Virus record (IMG/VR): IMGVR_UViG_3300044612_001981 | Location: 16,900-80,899 of that record | DNA: 64,000 nt | Strand: one strand, 5' to 3' | Source: a virus | Taxonomy: Duplodnaviria; Caudoviricetes | In this document: positions 38,898 to 47,682 of the stretch, in pieces | Layout of the letters: the number at the start of each line of letters is the position of its first letter | Position numbering within the stretch: position 1 is the first letter of the stretch | Translations under genes and position numbers: made by a program | The notes under the pieces: model-generated | What the model saw: only the letters and a program-made list of their open reading frames with translations | Told to the model about the DNA's origin: nothing | Databases searched by the model: none

Positions 38898-39548
38898 TTA
38901 CTTAATATATACATGTGAAGGACTCATGTATCTTGTGCCAGAAATAATTGGCTTTACCTCATGGAGATATGGAAGTTGTGAAGGAAACATTATTAGGCTT
39001 CCAGATTTTGGCTTTATTGTAATATTTTGATTAGGAAAATGTATTTCTCCGCCTTCATAATCATCGTTTATATAGGCAACAAGAGAGAATGCAAGCGAGG
39101 AGTCACCATCTTGACCATCAAAATGTGGTCCCATAGATTGTCCTTGGTTCCATTTTTTAATTGGCACACGACTTAACTCTAAATTATATTTGTCTTTGTC
39201 TAATCCATGTCCAGATAAATATTTATCTGTACACATTTCAAAGGCCATTAAAAAGCTATTAGCAATATAAAGAGTTTTTTTATCTGTTGAGTCTGAACCA
39301 GTAGCTTCTTTTAATTTATTTGGGAATATGTTTTTTGTAGCCCCGTAAATCAATGACTCATCATTACTGGCATTCCAATTTTCCCACTTAGAAATCCTAT
39401 TGTATGAAAGAGGGTCTGAGTCTATCTCTTCAATAAATTCCTTTAGGTGCTCTGGAAAGCTAAGAGCATTTTCCCAGTACCATATTTGAGGATCTAATAC
39501 CTTCAGATCAAACATTATAAACTGCTTAAAGATTGGCTCTGATTGCAT
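38898..39548 (-). CDS. 2OG-Fe(II) oxygenase, prolyl-4-hydroxylase-like
   Basis: HFD...YINDDYEGGE...H...RY. Confidence 0.9.
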   Translation of the reverse strand: MQSEPIFKQFIMFDLKVLDPQIWYWENALSFPEHLKEFIEEIDSDPLSYNRISKWENWNASNDESLIYGATKNIFPNKLKEATGSDSTDKKTLYIANSFLMAFEMCTDKYLSGHGLDKDKYNLELSRVPIKKWNQGQSMGPHFDGQDGDSSLAFSLVAYINDDYEGGEIHFPNQNITIKPKSGSLIMFPSQLPYLHEVKPIISGTRYMSPSHVYIK

Positions 39549-39549
39549 T

Positions 39550-40302
39550 TTATCCCTCTACTTCTGATGCTGGATACACTTCTCCACGTGGAGTTATTCT
39601 TAATCCCTTATTTCGATAATCTTCCCACTCAATAGCTTCATCTGCTTGTATGGCTCTAACCTGCCTAAGCTCTTCAGCCCATGCATCTCTTACTTCTTGT
39701 GGGTAATCTTCTTCTTCTCTATCATCCCAAAATGATCCAAGAGTGTAGCGTATTGATTTTTTAACTGTGGTGACTTCGTGCATATTATGGAAGCCTCCAG
39801 CAAATGTAACAAGTGTGCCAGTTTTGGGAACAATAGTTAATCCATGCTTGAAGTTTAACACTCCATCTTCAAAGTCATCATTCAGATAAAGAAATGTTGC
39901 GTATCTACTTCTGGTAAATGCACCAGCTACACCATCATTTGAAGTGTTATCTGAGTGCATATTGGCAAAAGCTCCTGGGGCCCATCTTTGTGAATGCCAG
40001 CTTATTTGAGACATTTGTTCTGGGTTTTTACCAGCCATATCTGCTGTTGCATCAATAACTCTTTGTCTTAATACTTGAAAAAAATCTCCTGGAAGTCCAC
40101 AATCAATTGTGTCTGGATCATTTACTTCTGGCATTCCAGACGAATATGATTCATAGAAAGAAATAGGCATCCACTTTAATTGCTCTTTTTCCATTTTAAT
40201 AGCAAGCACTTTAATTACTGATTGACATTCTTCTGGTGTCAAAAAGTTTTCATAAGTTACAATATCTGGCTGGTGCTTAGTTATAATCATGCTTCTTTCC
40301 AT
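39550..40302 (-). CDS. 2OG-Fe(II) oxygenase, prolyl-4-hydroxylase-like
   Basis: NFLTPEEC, HSD...YLNDDFEDG...H...RY. Confidence 0.9.
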   Translation of the reverse strand: MERSMIITKHQPDIVTYENFLTPEECQSVIKVLAIKMEKEQLKWMPISFYESYSSGMPEVNDPDTIDCGLPGDFFQVLRQRVIDATADMAGKNPEQMSQISWHSQRWAPGAFANMHSDNTSNDGVAGAFTRSRYATFLYLNDDFEDGVLNFKHGLTIVPKTGTLVTFAGGFHNMHEVTTVKKSIRYTLGSFWDDREEEDYPQEVRDAWAEELRQVRAIQADEAIEWEDYRNKGLRITPRGEVYPASEVEG

Positions 40303-40305
40303 GTT

Positions 40306-41121
40306 TTATTTTACTCCTGTGTCTTCTGGGGCGTACTCTTCATATGGAACTATTAATCCATCTTTAAAGTAGATCATGTTTCTCTTATCTTCATAATCTA
40401 TTCTTTCTGATTCCATTTTAGCCCATCGATATGCTCCAAATTTTCTTTGATTTGCAAGCCACTCTTCTGTGCCATTATGTGGTGTCATTATAAAGTTTCT
40501 AACAAAAAACTTTTCGTTAGTATTAATTGTTTTTACACCATGAAAATAAGGCTCTGTTGATGGGAAAACTAGAATGTCTCCAGCTTTTGGCTTATGATTA
40601 ATAAGATCACCATTAATATAAAATTCAATATCGCCGCCATCATAGTCATCATTAATATACATTGTACATGTAAGGAAAAATTTATCTCCAGGCATATCTC
40701 TTTGTGAGGTTATATGGTCTGTATGATATTGCATTGTCATGTTATTTTGCAATGAATCTATCTTTGCGTTGTATTTAGAATAGGAACATCCGCTAAATCT
40801 CCAGCCTTCTGGAAGCACTATTCCGTGTCTTTCAACATAATCTAATAAAACCTTATTATATGCCTCTTCAACTTCTTCTACAAATTTTTTTTCTTTCAAA
40901 AACATTTCTTCCTTTTGAATATCTAAAGAAACTTGGCTCATATCCTTTTTTTGTGAATAAGTTCCAAAATGAGCCCAAGGGTCCCAATTAGTTAAAAAAT
41001 ATTTGCCCTCTGAAGTTTTTTCTGATTCATTCATTATTGAATACATCTCAGATGGATTTTTTAAAACATTTCTATATACATCAACTTTTGGGTAAAGCTC
41101 TACATACTCTAAGTTATTCAT
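40306..41121 (-). CDS. 2OG-Fe(II) oxygenase, prolyl-4-hydroxylase-like
   Basis: HTD...YINDDYDGGD...HGV...K; start at 41121 by ATGA overlap. Confidence 0.88.
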   Translation of the reverse strand: MNNLEYVELYPKVDVYRNVLKNPSEMYSIMNESEKTSEGKYFLTNWDPWAHFGTYSQKKDMSQVSLDIQKEEMFLKEKKFVEEVEEAYNKVLLDYVERHGIVLPEGWRFSGCSYSKYNAKIDSLQNNMTMQYHTDHITSQRDMPGDKFFLTCTMYINDDYDGGDIEFYINGDLINHKPKAGDILVFPSTEPYFHGVKTINTNEKFFVRNFIMTPHNGTEEWLANQRKFGAYRWAKMESERIDYEDKRNMIYFKDGLIVPYEEYAPEDTGVK

Positions 41122-41804
41122 GGCTGTCTCTCTCCTGTGTGTTTGTTTATTGTCCAAAAAAATGGTGAAGTAAATCTATTGCCAGATTTAACTGGTCTAA
41201 CTCCATGCGTATAGTTCATGTCGCCTGGGAAAAAATATGCTGCTCCAGCAACTGGCTGGAATTCAATTCCATGTTGTGGGAAGTATAACTCGCCGCCTTC
41301 ATAGTCGTCGTTAAAATAAAAAAGACCAGCTAGATCATACCAAGGAAAGTCATTTGGCCTTCCTTTTTCTGGTCCAGAATGAAATTCTTTATCGGCATGA
41401 GGCTCTTGTCTTGCTCCTACTGGCCACCTAACAATTGCTGGTCCTGTTTCTTTTGCATCTACCTCAAAAAATTTATCTACTTCTATTTTTAATCTAGCTA
41501 TCATGCTATAAATTAACTCAAGTATCGAAGGGTCTGATGCCATTAAAGAATTATATGTGCAAACTCTGTCTTCCCAGACTTTGTGGTCATACAAAACTAG
41601 CCCATCTTCATCTACATGAGTTTCTGTTATGTCCCAAATTTTATTATTTAATGCAAAGTCCATAAGCCTAGTACGTTCTTCTATAGATAAAAAGTCTTTA
41701 ATTTCTACAATATTGCTTGATGAGTTACCAAAAAATCCAGATGGTGTTATGGACTTAGGTGCATTTCCGTTCCAGCTATTTGCCATTTTCATTTTTATCT
41801 CCAT
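41118..41804 (-). CDS. 2OG-Fe(II) oxygenase, prolyl-4-hydroxylase-like
   Basis: HAD...YFNDDYEGGE...HGV...RF. Confidence 0.9.
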   Translation of the reverse strand: MEIKMKMANSWNGNAPKSITPSGFFGNSSSNIVEIKDFLSIEERTRLMDFALNNKIWDITETHVDEDGLVLYDHKVWEDRVCTYNSLMASDPSILELIYSMIARLKIEVDKFFEVDAKETGPAIVRWPVGARQEPHADKEFHSGPEKGRPNDFPWYDLAGLFYFNDDYEGGELYFPQHGIEFQPVAGAAYFFPGDMNYTHGVRPVKSGNRFTSPFFWTINKHTGERQP

Positions 41805-42510
41805 GATTCATTATATCATTATTTACCTTAAGCCTTATTGCTTTTACTTGATGAGAGCCAATTTTTCTCTTTAAATGATCTACGGCGTCCCTATAAAAAT
41901 TAGACCATATCGCTTGTCTATTTAATTCGTATATTACATTAGAATACTCGTTTGGGTCAAATGATGGACTTTGCAAAGAGCCTACCGACTCAAAGTTTAT
42001 TTCAGAGTTTTGTAAGTCTTCTAGGTTAATTGGTAATATTGCAATTACTGGTGTTCCTGCTTTTATTGTTATTACTTCATTTGGTTTAGTTACCATCCAT
42101 GCACATGGTAATTCTCCTCTAAAAAAAGATGTACTAATTAAAGTTGTAAATGGAACAGCACCATCAATAAATAAATTAGGAACTGGCATGGACAATAAGC
42201 TAGAGTTTTTTTCTGTAGAAAACATTAGTCCTGTATTAAAACTAACAGTACCATTGGCTCTTCCAGAATATGCGTACTTTTCACCAGATAATATTTTTAC
42301 GTGATCTGGTGAGCTATCTGATACTCCATCCCATATAAAAGAAATGTCTTCTGGAAAAGATATACCCCAGCCCATTTGGTTTGTTAGACCAACTGGGAAA
42401 CACTTATATGCATGAGCTTCCCAAGTATTGTCCATCCAATCTCTTTTAATCGAAAGTGGATTAACTTCACCAAAACCCTCTCTTATAACATAAGCCTTAA
42501 TTTTATGCAT
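41776..42510 (-). CDS. DUF6065-like protein
   Basis: RDWMD....HAY.C.P....N..GW motif recognised from memory of the family. Confidence 0.65.
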   Translation of the reverse strand: MHKIKAYVIREGFGEVNPLSIKRDWMDNTWEAHAYKCFPVGLTNQMGWGISFPEDISFIWDGVSDSSPDHVKILSGEKYAYSGRANGTVSFNTGLMFSTEKNSSLLSMPVPNLFIDGAVPFTTLISTSFFRGELPCAWMVTKPNEVITIKAGTPVIAILPINLEDLQNSEINFESVGSLQSPSFDPNEYSNVIYELNRQAIWSNFYRDAVDHLKRKIGSHQVKAIRLKVNNDIMNHGDKNENGK

Positions 42511-43216
42511 TTTGATTTTTACCAGTTTTGGCGTCTTCTTCTACCCATTTGGCTCTCATTTGCATAAACTCTTGTCTATGAGCATGATCATTGTAGTCTA
42601 ACATTGTTACTATAGAAAATTTCATTCCAGATTCAACTGGCATTGCTCTATGTGAAAATAAATATGTAGATGGGAATATATATAGGTCACCAGCTTTTGG
42701 CTTAATATCTAGGTTTAACTTAGGAAAATAAAGATTTCCACCTTCATAGTCATCATTGACATATGCTACAAGAGATACAGTAGCACTATAAGAAAATCCA
42801 TGGTCAGCATGCTCTTGAAAATGTTGTCCCTTACCGTATCTAATGCAATTCATAACTTCCCAGTAATTCATTTTTACATTATACATTCCGCAATAATCAT
42901 CTACAGCTGGAGACTGATATTGCTTTAAGTCTGACCATAATTCTGAAACAAGCTTCTCTGTATTGGAATGAGGGTAAAGAATTTCACCTACCTTAATATC
43001 TTCACAATCTCTATAGGAGGGCCTTTTTTCACTATACCCTACAAATCCAAAAGTCCAAGCATATCTTGAATCTCCATCATTAACTGCAGACTGACCAATT
43101 GCATCTAAACGGTTAATAACGTCAATTTCTTTTTTAATTACATCTCTATAAACCCAGACTCCTGGTGCAAGCTGCTCTTTTGAAGAAAAAGAATAATTGT
43201 TGTTTAAATTTGTCAT
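42503..43216 (-). CDS. 2OG-Fe(II) oxygenase, prolyl-4-hydroxylase-like
   Basis: RY..GQHF..HAD...YVNDDYEGG...H...K. Confidence 0.9.
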   Translation of the reverse strand: MTNLNNNYSFSSKEQLAPGVWVYRDVIKKEIDVINRLDAIGQSAVNDGDSRYAWTFGFVGYSEKRPSYRDCEDIKVGEILYPHSNTEKLVSELWSDLKQYQSPAVDDYCGMYNVKMNYWEVMNCIRYGKGQHFQEHADHGFSYSATVSLVAYVNDDYEGGNLYFPKLNLDIKPKAGDLYIFPSTYLFSHRAMPVESGMKFSIVTMLDYNDHAHRQEFMQMRAKWVEEDAKTGKNQNA

Positions 43217-43247
43217 AAATACATTGTATCATTTCTATTTATACAGC

Positions 43248-43277
43248 ACAATAGCAGGGGTTTCCCCCTGCTATTGT
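43248..43277. terminator. hairpin between FFxPP gene and oxygenase operon
   Basis: ACAATAGCAGGGG-TTTC-CCCCTGCTATTGT. Confidence 0.75.
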
Positions 43278-43287
43278 TTTTTTATTA

Positions 43288-44178
43288 TTAGTAGAACCTG
43301 AGTCCGAAAGCGCCACCAAATGCTGGTGGGGAAAAGAACCCTGGTGGGGCAAAGAATCCTGGTGGTGAGAAGAATCCTGGTGGTGCGAAGAATCCTGGTG
43401 GTGAGAAGAATCCTGGTGGGAAAAACGGCGGTGCGAAGAAGCTTGGTGGGAAGAACGGTGGGAAGAACGGTGGTGCGAAGAACACTGGTGGGAAGAACGG
43501 TGGGAAAAACGGTGGTGCGAAGAAGCTTGGTGGGAAGAACGGTGGGAAGAACGGTGGCGAAAAGAAGCTTGGTGCAAGAGTAGTAACTGTGTTAGAGTTA
43601 CTAGATGCAACTGATCTTCCATTAGCATTATCTGCATATACGTTGTAATACTGAGATGTTCCAGCAGTATCTGCAATTGATACAGATAGTCCAGTTGAAT
43701 TTCCAGTTGTTCCGTCATTACCAGCAATATAATAGTTGGTAATTGCAGTTCCACCATTTGATGGAGCTGCCCAGCTTACTGTGTTAGCATTTACTCCAGC
43801 TGTTGCAGAAACGCTTGTTGGAGCGGCTGGAACAGTTGTTGCAGTTGCTGAGGCTGAGTTTGAATCTGCAGAAGTATTAAAAGAGTCTACTGCTTTTACG
43901 GTATATGAATAAGATGTTCCACCAGCTAATCCAGTATCAGAATATGTAACAGTTGGAGCATTTACTGTTGCTATCTCTGTTCCATTTCTGAATACCTTAT
44001 ACTGAGTTGGAGTGTTACCTGCAGCGGGAGCTGTCCATGCAAGGTTAATCATACCATTGTTAAATGGTCTTTGATTATTAACACCATTTAAATGATTTGT
44101 TGCTGTAAGGCCTGTTGGTGCATTTGGGCCAATGAAGTTGTCTTGAGCTGATGCTCTTCTACCTATATTTTTTGACAT
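43288..44178 (-). CDS. virion protein: two FN3 domains plus Phe/Pro repeat tail
   Basis: P.APTGL, L.W..P, Y.V.RNG, Y.DTGL, YSYTV.AV; C-terminal FF(x)PP repeats; AGGAG RBS. Confidence 0.85.
   Translation of the reverse strand: MSKNIGRRASAQDNFIGPNAPTGLTATNHLNGVNNQRPFNNGMINLAWTAPAAGNTPTQYKVFRNGTEIATVNAPTVTYSDTGLAGGTSYSYTVKAVDSFNTSADSNSASATATTVPAAPTSVSATAGVNANTVSWAAPSNGGTAITNYYIAGNDGTTGNSTGLSVSIADTAGTSQYYNVYADNANGRSVASSNSNTVTTLAPSFFSPPFFPPFFPPSFFAPPFFPPFFPPVFFAPPFFPPFFPPSFFAPPFFPPGFFSPPGFFAPPGFFSPPGFFAPPGFFSPPAFGGAFGLRFY
43324..43569 (-). repeat. 16 tandem FFPP / xFFxPP coding units (12- and 18-bp)
   Basis: 82 aa counted from translation. Confidence 0.95.
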
Positions 44179-44198
44179 TTTATTCTCCTATTTCCCAA

Positions 44199-47189
44199 TT
44201 ATGCTTTCAAGTCTCCAGCAAGTAACCATGTATCTGTTGCTACCTTGGTTATTGTTGCTGATGAATGTAAGGCTCTTAGCTTTAGTCCTGGAGTTCTTAA
44301 TATTGTAACTCCAGCTGCTTCTGCAAATACTGCGTCTGCTCCAGCTGATTGGTAGAAGCTTATTGAAGTTCCTACTGGATAAGCTGTAGTTGCATTTGCA
44401 GGAACTGTAATTGTGTGTGCTCCAGAAACTGGAATTAACTGATCTCTTAGACCTAACCCACCTGTTGATAGATTGTATGCTCCAGCAATTGCTGTTCCAA
44501 TTACAGTCCGTGAAGGAACTCCTTCTCTTGTCTGTGTTCCGTCTGTAAATGCTATTCCAGATGCTGCAACCGTTACTGTTCCAGTAAATGTTGGTGCGTT
44601 AAGTGGAGCAAATCCTGAAATGCTTGCGCCTGCTGGTATTGTGACTGTTCCTGTAAATGTTGGTGAATCTGTTGGTGCTATTACAGAATAATTTGTTCCA
44701 TCATTTGTAAATTCCCACTTATCAGTAGATTCGTTCCAACGTAGTTGAACAGCGTTAGAATCTCCACGAACAATTCTTATTCCTGAGTTCTCTGTTGGAG
44801 ATCCAGTAGTAAAATTGCTGTTTAGGTCAATAATGTTATCGGCCAAAGAAATTGTTTCTGTGTTAACGCTTGTAGTTGTTCCGCTTACTGTTAGGTTTCC
44901 ACCAACAACAAGGTTTCCATTTACTTCTGCATTATCATTAAGATAAACTTTTCCTGTACCGTTTCCAGATAGTGATAGGTCTGTGTTTAATGTTTTGCTT
45001 GCTATTAAGTCAGACTTGATGCCGTTGCTAAATGCAATTCCATTTCCGTCTGCGCTTGAGAAGTTTGCTCCCGCTTCAACAACTAGAGGTCCCTTGATAT
45101 TAACAGAACCAGTTCCTGTTGGATCTAGTTCTATGTTACCGCTTCCGCTTGTTCTTAGTCCAAGATTTTCATCAACATCAGCAGAAACAACGATTGCTCC
45201 TGATTCATCTTGAAGAACCTTCTGGCCATTAACATAAAGTGATCCTGGACCTACGTAGATATCTTTCCACATCTTTGTAGGAGAACCTAGGTCGTATGTG
45301 TTGTCTGTAGAAGGAATAACACTTCCACCTGCAGTAACTGCTGGAAGAACTACTGTTCCTGTAAATGTTGGATCTGCAAGAGGTGCCTTTAGAGCAAGAG
45401 CATCTGTTGCAGTTGTTCCAATTGCATCTGCATAAGACTTTGTTGCAAGAAGTGATGTGTCTGCAATTCCATGAACATCTGTAGTATCTGCACTGTGTGT
45501 TGAAAGAGCGGTAGCTGCTGACCCAAACTGTGTTTGAATGCTAGATGTAACACCATTCAAATAAGATATTTCTGTAGCATCAACATCTCCTATTGTTGTT
45601 GAAGAAGGCAAAACTACTAATCCTGTAAATGTTGGGCCTTCTTTAGTAGCAAGTAAATCTAGATCTTCTGCAAGTCCTGCTATCTTAGATTGTGCAATTT
45701 CAGCTGTAGGACTAATTTTTGCATTAGTAATAGAATCATCTGAAATTTTATCGACTGTTATTGCTTGGCTTGATACCTTGGCTGTAACTATAGATCCGTC
45801 TTCAATTTTATCTGAATTTACAGATCCGTCTGCAATCTTAGCTGTAGTAACAGCTTCATCTGCAATCTTATTAGTGCTTACAGAAAGATTTGCAATTTTA
45901 TTTTCTGTTACGGCAGAATCTTCAATTTTGGCTGTAGTTACAGAGTTATTTGCAATCTTAGCTGTATTTACAGCATTAGCTGCAATTTTGTTGTTAGTTA
46001 CAGCGGAGTCTGCAATCTTATTTTCACTTACAGCAGAATCTGCGATTTTGTTTGTTGATACAGAATCATTAGCGATTTTAGCAGATGTAACTGCATCTGG
46101 TGCAATCTTTGCTGTTGTTATAGATTCAGCAATTATTTTATCAGTTGATACTGATGAGTCTGCAAGTTTAACTGTAGTAACAGATGCATCTGGGACTACA
46201 TTAAGCTTTGTATCGATTTGAGCTTGAATGTTTGATGTAACATCAGAAAGCATCTGAATTTGCTGTGGGCTAACTGCTCCTATTTGAGCTCCGCTAGCAA
46301 ATATTTGACCAACTTCAAGTGGTGCTCTGGTGTATGTAGTAAAGTCTACTGTTGTGGTAGGCTCAGCAACTACTCCTGAGAAAAGCTTCCAAATTCCGTC
46401 TGAAGCATCACGGACAAGACCAGTATGCTGATATGTTCCATTATTAAATGCTCCTACAACACCAACATCAAGTACGTTTGATTGATTGCCATCACCAATA
46501 TAAATCATTGGGTCATCATATGAAACATTTGTTGAGTTAACAGTAGTTGATGTTCCACTAACAGTTAAATTACCGTTAATATTTACATCGTTTGCTGTTA
46601 AAAGATTTTCTGCAACTAAATTTACTCCTGTTATAGTGTCTCCAGAAATATTTGCAGTTGTGTGAATAGCAGAAGTAAAGTTATTTAATGCAATTTGTGC
46701 TACTGGAATTTTAGTATTTGCATCAAGTGAGGCAACTCCATTTTGAGCTCCTCTATCTGAAACTGGAATATAATCTTCCAAGGAGTTATTTACTCCACTA
46801 ATTGCTGCATCTGTATAATCTTCTGCTGCTGCAATTGCTGCTGCCTGTGCCGCTGCAGACTTTGTATTTGCCTCTGATGTAGCAAATGTTTTTGTTGAAA
46901 TAACATCTGTATCTACAGTTATTGTAATTGTATTGGTGCCATCGTTGTATGTCTTTGTAAGACCTGCACCCATTGAAAGAGCTTGATCTATGGCATCTTG
47001 TGATATTTCGCCAATTGCTGCTGTATCAGCAGCGGCGTATGAAAGGGCTGTCCATGTAGAAGAGCCATTTCCAAATTTAAATTTATTAGTGTTTGTTTCA
47101 ACACCCATTTCACCTGCAGCCAATACTGGATTTGCTGCGGTCCATTCTGAAGCTAAACCTCTACGTACTTGAATTCTTACTGTTGACAT
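44199..47189 (-). CDS. long fibre protein with Mtd/hyaluronidase-like N-terminal anchor and 10-aa repeats
   Basis: IQVRRG.ASEW...NPVLA.GE.G.ET.T...K.G.G; PTFTG repeats; ends W.L.GDL. Confidence 0.8.
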   Translation of the reverse strand: MSTVRIQVRRGLASEWTAANPVLAAGEMGVETNTNKFKFGNGSSTWTALSYAAADTAAIGEISQDAIDQALSMGAGLTKTYNDGTNTITITVDTDVISTKTFATSEANTKSAAAQAAAIAAAEDYTDAAISGVNNSLEDYIPVSDRGAQNGVASLDANTKIPVAQIALNNFTSAIHTTANISGDTITGVNLVAENLLTANDVNINGNLTVSGTSTTVNSTNVSYDDPMIYIGDGNQSNVLDVGVVGAFNNGTYQHTGLVRDASDGIWKLFSGVVAEPTTTVDFTTYTRAPLEVGQIFASGAQIGAVSPQQIQMLSDVTSNIQAQIDTKLNVVPDASVTTVKLADSSVSTDKIIAESITTAKIAPDAVTSAKIANDSVSTNKIADSAVSENKIADSAVTNNKIAANAVNTAKIANNSVTTAKIEDSAVTENKIANLSVSTNKIADEAVTTAKIADGSVNSDKIEDGSIVTAKVSSQAITVDKISDDSITNAKISPTAEIAQSKIAGLAEDLDLLATKEGPTFTGLVVLPSSTTIGDVDATEISYLNGVTSSIQTQFGSAATALSTHSADTTDVHGIADTSLLATKSYADAIGTTATDALALKAPLADPTFTGTVVLPAVTAGGSVIPSTDNTYDLGSPTKMWKDIYVGPGSLYVNGQKVLQDESGAIVVSADVDENLGLRTSGSGNIELDPTGTGSVNIKGPLVVEAGANFSSADGNGIAFSNGIKSDLIASKTLNTDLSLSGNGTGKVYLNDNAEVNGNLVVGGNLTVSGTTTSVNTETISLADNIIDLNSNFTTGSPTENSGIRIVRGDSNAVQLRWNESTDKWEFTNDGTNYSVIAPTDSPTFTGTVTIPAGASISGFAPLNAPTFTGTVTVAASGIAFTDGTQTREGVPSRTVIGTAIAGAYNLSTGGLGLRDQLIPVSGAHTITVPANATTAYPVGTSISFYQSAGADAVFAEAAGVTILRTPGLKLRALHSSATITKVATDTWLLAGDLKA
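45710..46192 (-). repeat. about 16 copies of 10-aa (xAVTxxKIAD) repeat
   Basis: 30-bp periodicity, diverged at DNA level. Confidence 0.85.
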
Positions 47190-47250
47190 TATGCCACCCC
47201 TTTAATTTGATATATTGAAATTATAGCATTAAAACGATTATACTTGAGCG

Positions 47251-47613
47251 TCATGCTACTAACGCTCCTGAATCAAAAGTCATTCCAAATTCAGTTGTTG
47301 AAGGATCTCCACCAGATACGAACTTGTTTGTTCCTGTTGGAGTAACTCCATTAGCCTGAATGATATATGTTGGCTGACCATTGTAATCAATAGCCAATCC
47401 TACATCCATAAATGAAAGCATTTCTGCTTCATTTGGAATTTCTGAGTATAAAGCAATAGGCTGCCAAGTTCCGTCTACCTGAACCTTGAGCCTATTTGTT
47501 TGTGTATCAAACGATATTGGGGCTGTCCCTAAAACTATATCTGTATCAAATGTCGCAGTACCTGCTACATTTAACCCATTCTTTACTCTAAAATTTTTAT
47601 TTACTGTTGCCAT
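47251..47613 (-). CDS. virion fibre-associated protein
   Basis: MAT..KNFR.K.GL N-terminus shared with 47683..49089. Confidence 0.65.
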   Translation of the reverse strand: MATVNKNFRVKNGLNVAGTATFDTDIVLGTAPISFDTQTNRLKVQVDGTWQPIALYSEIPNEAEMLSFMDVGLAIDYNGQPTYIIQANGVTPTGTNKFVSGGDPSTTEFGMTFDSGALVA

Positions 47614-47643
47614 TTAAGTTCACATATCCCCTAATTGTTGTTG

Positions 47644-47668
47644 TGGGGGATTTTTAAGGAATCCCCCA
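47644..47668. terminator. hairpin
   Basis: TGGGGGATT...AATCCCCCA between genes. Confidence 0.55.
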
Positions 47669-47682
47669 AAACCTTTATTTAA

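Noticed and set aside
43324-43569. Possible CRISPR array
   Set aside because: Repeats are contiguous, in-frame multiples of 3, with no unique spacers and no cas genes.
43239-43757. Alternative-frame ORFs with His/Arg/Ser repeats (also 43320..43583 and 50431..50787)
   Set aside because: Shadows of the FFxPP repeats; the FN3- and Ig-containing frames have RBSs and real domains.
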